From an uncultured beta proteobacterium (GTDB taxonomy: Bacteria > Pseudomonadota > Gammaproteobacteria > Burkholderiales > Burkholderiaceae_C), in contig CAJBMJ010000292.1 of assembly GCA_903954045.1 (NCBI GenBank), forward strand, positions 1 to 48,541: a stretch of 48,541 nt of DNA, in the 5' to 3' direction. The translations under genes and the position numbers were made by a program. The stretch's first letter is position 1. Every line of letters starts with the position of its first letter. Positions 45,530 to 48,541 of the stretch are shown here, one piece after another. The notes below the pieces were generated by a model. That model ran no database searches. It saw only the letters and a program-made list of their open reading frames with translations, and was not told the origin of the DNA.

Positions 45530-45970
45530 TCAGTCGGCCAGGCTCAGCAGATCACGAATTTCAAACAATTCCCTGCGAACTCGGACAAGTTGGGCTAAAC
45601 CATCGCCGCTCTCAAAAGATTCATCAGGAAATATGCTGTCACTATCTTCCAGCTCAATGACCTCGACACCTTCCAGCATGACTTCACCATTGCGCTTCTT
45701 ATCGCGCTCCAGTTGAAGCAGTTCCTGCATCTTGTTGCGAGCTCCGCTAATCGTGAAGCCTTGGTCGTAAAGCAAATCACGGATTCGCCGAATCATTAGC
45801 ACTTCGTGATGCTGGTAATAGCGCCGGTTTCCACGCCGTTTCATGGGGCGCAACTGCGTGAACTCCTGCTCCCAATAGCGCAGCACATGAGGCTTTACAC
45901 CACACAGGTCACCCACTTCACCAATAGTGAAATAGCGCTTGGCGGGAATGGGAGGGAGAGGTTTCTCCAT
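45530..45970 (-). CDS. MerR family transcriptional regulator
   Basis: KRYFTIGEV..VKPHVLRYWEQEF..RRGNRRYY; usual position after ihfA. Confidence 0.93.
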   Translation of the reverse strand: MEKPLPPIPAKRYFTIGEVGDLCGVKPHVLRYWEQEFTQLRPMKRRGNRRYYQHHEVLMIRRIRDLLYDQGFTISGARNKMQELLQLERDKKRNGEVMLEGVEVIELEDSDSIFPDESFESGDGLAQLVRVRRELFEIRDLLSLAD

Positions 45971-46071
45971 TGAAATCAATGCAGTAGGAAACAAAGCGCA
46001 GAGATTACTCTAACTTTACCTTCAGTGCAAAGGCCTAAGGCAAACCGCAGAAAATATGCAACAACAACGCC

Positions 46072-46407
46072 CTAGTCTGCGACGCTGGACTCGCCATCAT
46101 CCTGAATTTGCTCTTTGAGTTTGTGACTGGCATGAAAGGTAACGACCCTTCTCGCCTGGATGGGGATGGCCTCACCAGTGCGGGGGTTGCGCCCGGGGCG
46201 CGGCGCCTTGGTCCGAATCTGGAAATTTCCAAATCCGGAAATTTTGACATCCGTTCCGTCCACCAGGCTTTGGGCCACAAGATCGAAAAAGGAGTCGATC
46301 ATGTCTTTGGACTCTCGTTTGTTCAAGCCGATTTGAACAAATAGCAATTCGGCCAACTGAGCCTTCGTCAGCGCAGGGGTTTCAAGACTACCAACAGGAA
46401 AATCCAT
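46072..46407 (-). CDS. ihfA: Integration host factor subunit alpha
   Basis: ALTKAQLAE, VKISGFGNF, RPGRNPRTGE; follows pheT. Confidence 0.96.
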   Translation of the reverse strand: MDFPVGSLETPALTKAQLAELLFVQIGLNKRESKDMIDSFFDLVAQSLVDGTDVKISGFGNFQIRTKAPRPGRNPRTGEAIPIQARRVVTFHASHKLKEQIQDDGESSVAD

Positions 46408-46440
46408 GACTACTCAATTCTGCTTTGAAGAAACACCGCA

Positions 46441-48540
46441 CTAAACGCGTTGCCTTGCACCAAGCTTTTCAACCAGTTGGTCCACAACCGCCTTGGTTGC
46501 GGATTCGATTTGCTCCTCAGTCAGTGTTGCATCTTCACTGTTGAGCGTCAAGCGCACTGCCAAACTTCGATCATCTGCGCCTTCGACCACCATGGCCTCC
46601 TTGGGAACTTTCGGGCGATAGACATCAAACAACTTGGCATCGCGCAAAAGACCCTTGGTAGGGGCGCTCCAAACCGCCTGCATCAGTGCGGCGTGGCTCA
46701 CGGAATCATCGACGACCACAGCAATATCCCGCTGCACGTCCTGAAATTTGGCAACCAATTTGAACGACGGAATCAATCTAGCAAGAACCGGATCAAGCTC
46801 CAACTCAAAAAGCACAGGAGCAACTGGCAATTCATAACTCTGACGCCACTGTGGATGCAGTTCCCCTATATACCCAATGGGACTCCCATCCAGCAACACT
46901 TGCGCACACCGGCCGGGATGCATAGCAGGATGGGTAGCAACCACAAACTCGGCTTGTAAAGGTGCCAACAAGGCCTGTACATCGCCCTTGACGTGAAAGA
47001 AGTCCACGCCCTGCTCTTTGCTCCCCCACTGCAGCGCATTGGCACTGCCACTGGCCAAACCAGCCAGACGCATGGGCTGGTGAAATCCTTCGACCGTAGT
47101 GTCTGTATTCCCTACAGAACTATCCCGTAAGAACACCCGACCCAACTCGAAGACTCGAACGCGAGATGCCTTGCGGGCGAGATTGAACTTCAAAACTTGT
47201 AGCAAGGAACCCAGCAGGGACGAGCGCATAACACTCATCTGACTTGCTATTGGGTTAAGCAGTTTGATGGGATTGCTGTTGCCAGCCAGCTCCTTTTCCC
47301 ATCTTTCTTCTACAAAACTGAAGTTGATGGTCTCCTGGTATCCCAGGCCGGCCATAGTGCGGCGCACTGCAAACGCGCTGCGCTGCGCTTCTGACCGGAT
47401 CTTGGCAGTGATAGGTGCCAGAGGTGGTGTATGAGGCAACTGGTTGTAACCCACCATCCGGGCCACCTCCTCTATCAGATCCTCTTCAATCTGCAAATCG
47501 AACCGGAATGAGGGAGGCTGAACGGTAATGTTGCCATCGGCTTGGGTGATCGCAAGCCCGAGACGCTGCAATGCGTCTGCGCACTGTGCCTGTCCCAACG
47601 GCATGCCAATAATTTTGGCGGCACGCGCAACCCGCAGTGTGACAGGAGCATGTAATGGCATGTTGGGCTGCTGGTCGTCCATGGGGCCGCAGGTGGTTTG
47701 ATCTGTTCCGCAGATTTGCAGAACCAATTCGGTGATGCGCTCAATGTGCTCCACCGTCAATTGCGGGTCCACACCACGCTCAAAACGATGACCTGCATCA
47801 GTGGAGAAGTTGAAACGACGCGAACGTCCGGCAATCGCCTTCGGGTACCAGAAGGCAGCCTCCACATAAATATGCTTGGTGTCATCCGATACTGCGGTGG
47901 CATCTCCACCCATGATGCCAGCCAGTGACTCTACCTGCGCGTCGTCTGCAATCACGCCAACCTGTTCATCCACCGTCACCGTAGTGCCGTTGAGCAGCTT
48001 GATCTGCTCGCCTGCTTTGCCCCAACGCACATCCAGATTGCCGTGAATTTTGTCAAGGTCGAAAATGTGCGAAGGACGGCCCAATTCAAACATCACGTAG
48101 TTGGAGATGTCCACCAAGGCGGTCACGCTGCGCTGGCCACAGCGGGCCAGGCGGTCCACCATCCACTGGGGTGTGCGGGCCTGGGTGTTGACGTTGCGGA
48201 TGACCCGCCCCGAAAACCGGCCACACAAATCAGGTGCGCTGATCTTCACCGGCACACGGTCCGAGTTTCCAACCACGTTGGTCGGAAACACGGGCGTCTT
48301 GAGCGGGGCTCCAGTCAACGCAGCCACCTCGCGCGCCACACCATAGACGCTCAAACAATGTGCAAGATTCGGCGTGAGCTTGAGTGTAAACAGCGTGTCA
48401 TCCAGATCCAGATATTGGCGAATATCCTGACCCACTGGAGCGTGCAAGGGTAACTCCAGAAGTCCACCATGGTCCTCGGACAACTTCAATTCACGCGCCG
48501 AGCACAGCATGCCCTGGCTTTCCACGCCGCGCAGTTTTCC
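46441..48540 (-). CDS. pheT: Phenylalanine--tRNA ligase beta subunit (5' end beyond the right edge)
   Basis: RGVESQGMLCS, LTPN, RFERGVD, DLIEEVARMVGY, RDIAVVV..LFDVY anticodon-binding domain. Confidence 0.98.
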   Translation of the reverse strand, partial: GKLRGVESQGMLCSARELKLSEDHGGLLELPLHAPVGQDIRQYLDLDDTLFTLKLTPNLAHCLSVYGVAREVAALTGAPLKTPVFPTNVVGNSDRVPVKISAPDLCGRFSGRVIRNVNTQARTPQWMVDRLARCGQRSVTALVDISNYVMFELGRPSHIFDLDKIHGNLDVRWGKAGEQIKLLNGTTVTVDEQVGVIADDAQVESLAGIMGGDATAVSDDTKHIYVEAAFWYPKAIAGRSRRFNFSTDAGHRFERGVDPQLTVEHIERITELVLQICGTDQTTCGPMDDQQPNMPLHAPVTLRVARAAKIIGMPLGQAQCADALQRLGLAITQADGNITVQPPSFRFDLQIEEDLIEEVARMVGYNQLPHTPPLAPITAKIRSEAQRSAFAVRRTMAGLGYQETINFSFVEERWEKELAGNSNPIKLLNPIASQMSVMRSSLLGSLLQVLKFNLARKASRVRVFELGRVFLRDSSVGNTDTTVEGFHQPMRLAGLASGSANALQWGSKEQGVDFFHVKGDVQALLAPLQAEFVVATHPAMHPGRCAQVLLDGSPIGYIGELHPQWRQSYELPVAPVLFELELDPVLARLIPSFKLVAKFQDVQRDIAVVVDDSVSHAALMQAVWSAPTKGLLRDAKLFDVYRPKVPKEAMVVEGADDRSLAVRLTLNSEDATLTEEQIESATKAVVDQLVEKLGARQRV

Positions 48541-48541
48541 C

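Overview
A core-genome segment of a betaproteobacterium, most likely Comamonadaceae (Rhodoferax/Curvibacter-like, inferred from gene order and protein style). Contents in order: smc (truncated at the left edge and missed by the ORF track), an orphan CheY-like receiver plus Hpt pair, dapC-dapD-pilU-like-dapE-prmB, an ABC-F ATPase, two hypothetical genes, carA-leuE-carB-greA-DUF4149, a Cache/PAS/GGDEF/EAL protein, the rpsB-tsf-pyrH-frr-uppS-cdsA-dxr-rseP-bamA-skp-lpxD-fabZ-lpxA-lpxB-rnhB-trmH cluster, an HDOD + MBL-hydrolase + nnr unit, rnr, tRNA-Leu(CAG), rimO, phaR, tRNA-Val(GAC), a merR-family gene, ihfA and pheT (truncated at the right edge). I found no CRISPR array, integrase, transposase or phage gene. 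Two unexplained signals stand out. (1) A ~49-bp motif occurs three times inside three unrelated genes (prmB, DUF4149, trmH), ungapped, always in the same orientation and reading frame relative to the host gene. (2) A ~245-bp composite element after prmB is built from two long hairpins whose loops carry the same conserved core in opposite orientations.
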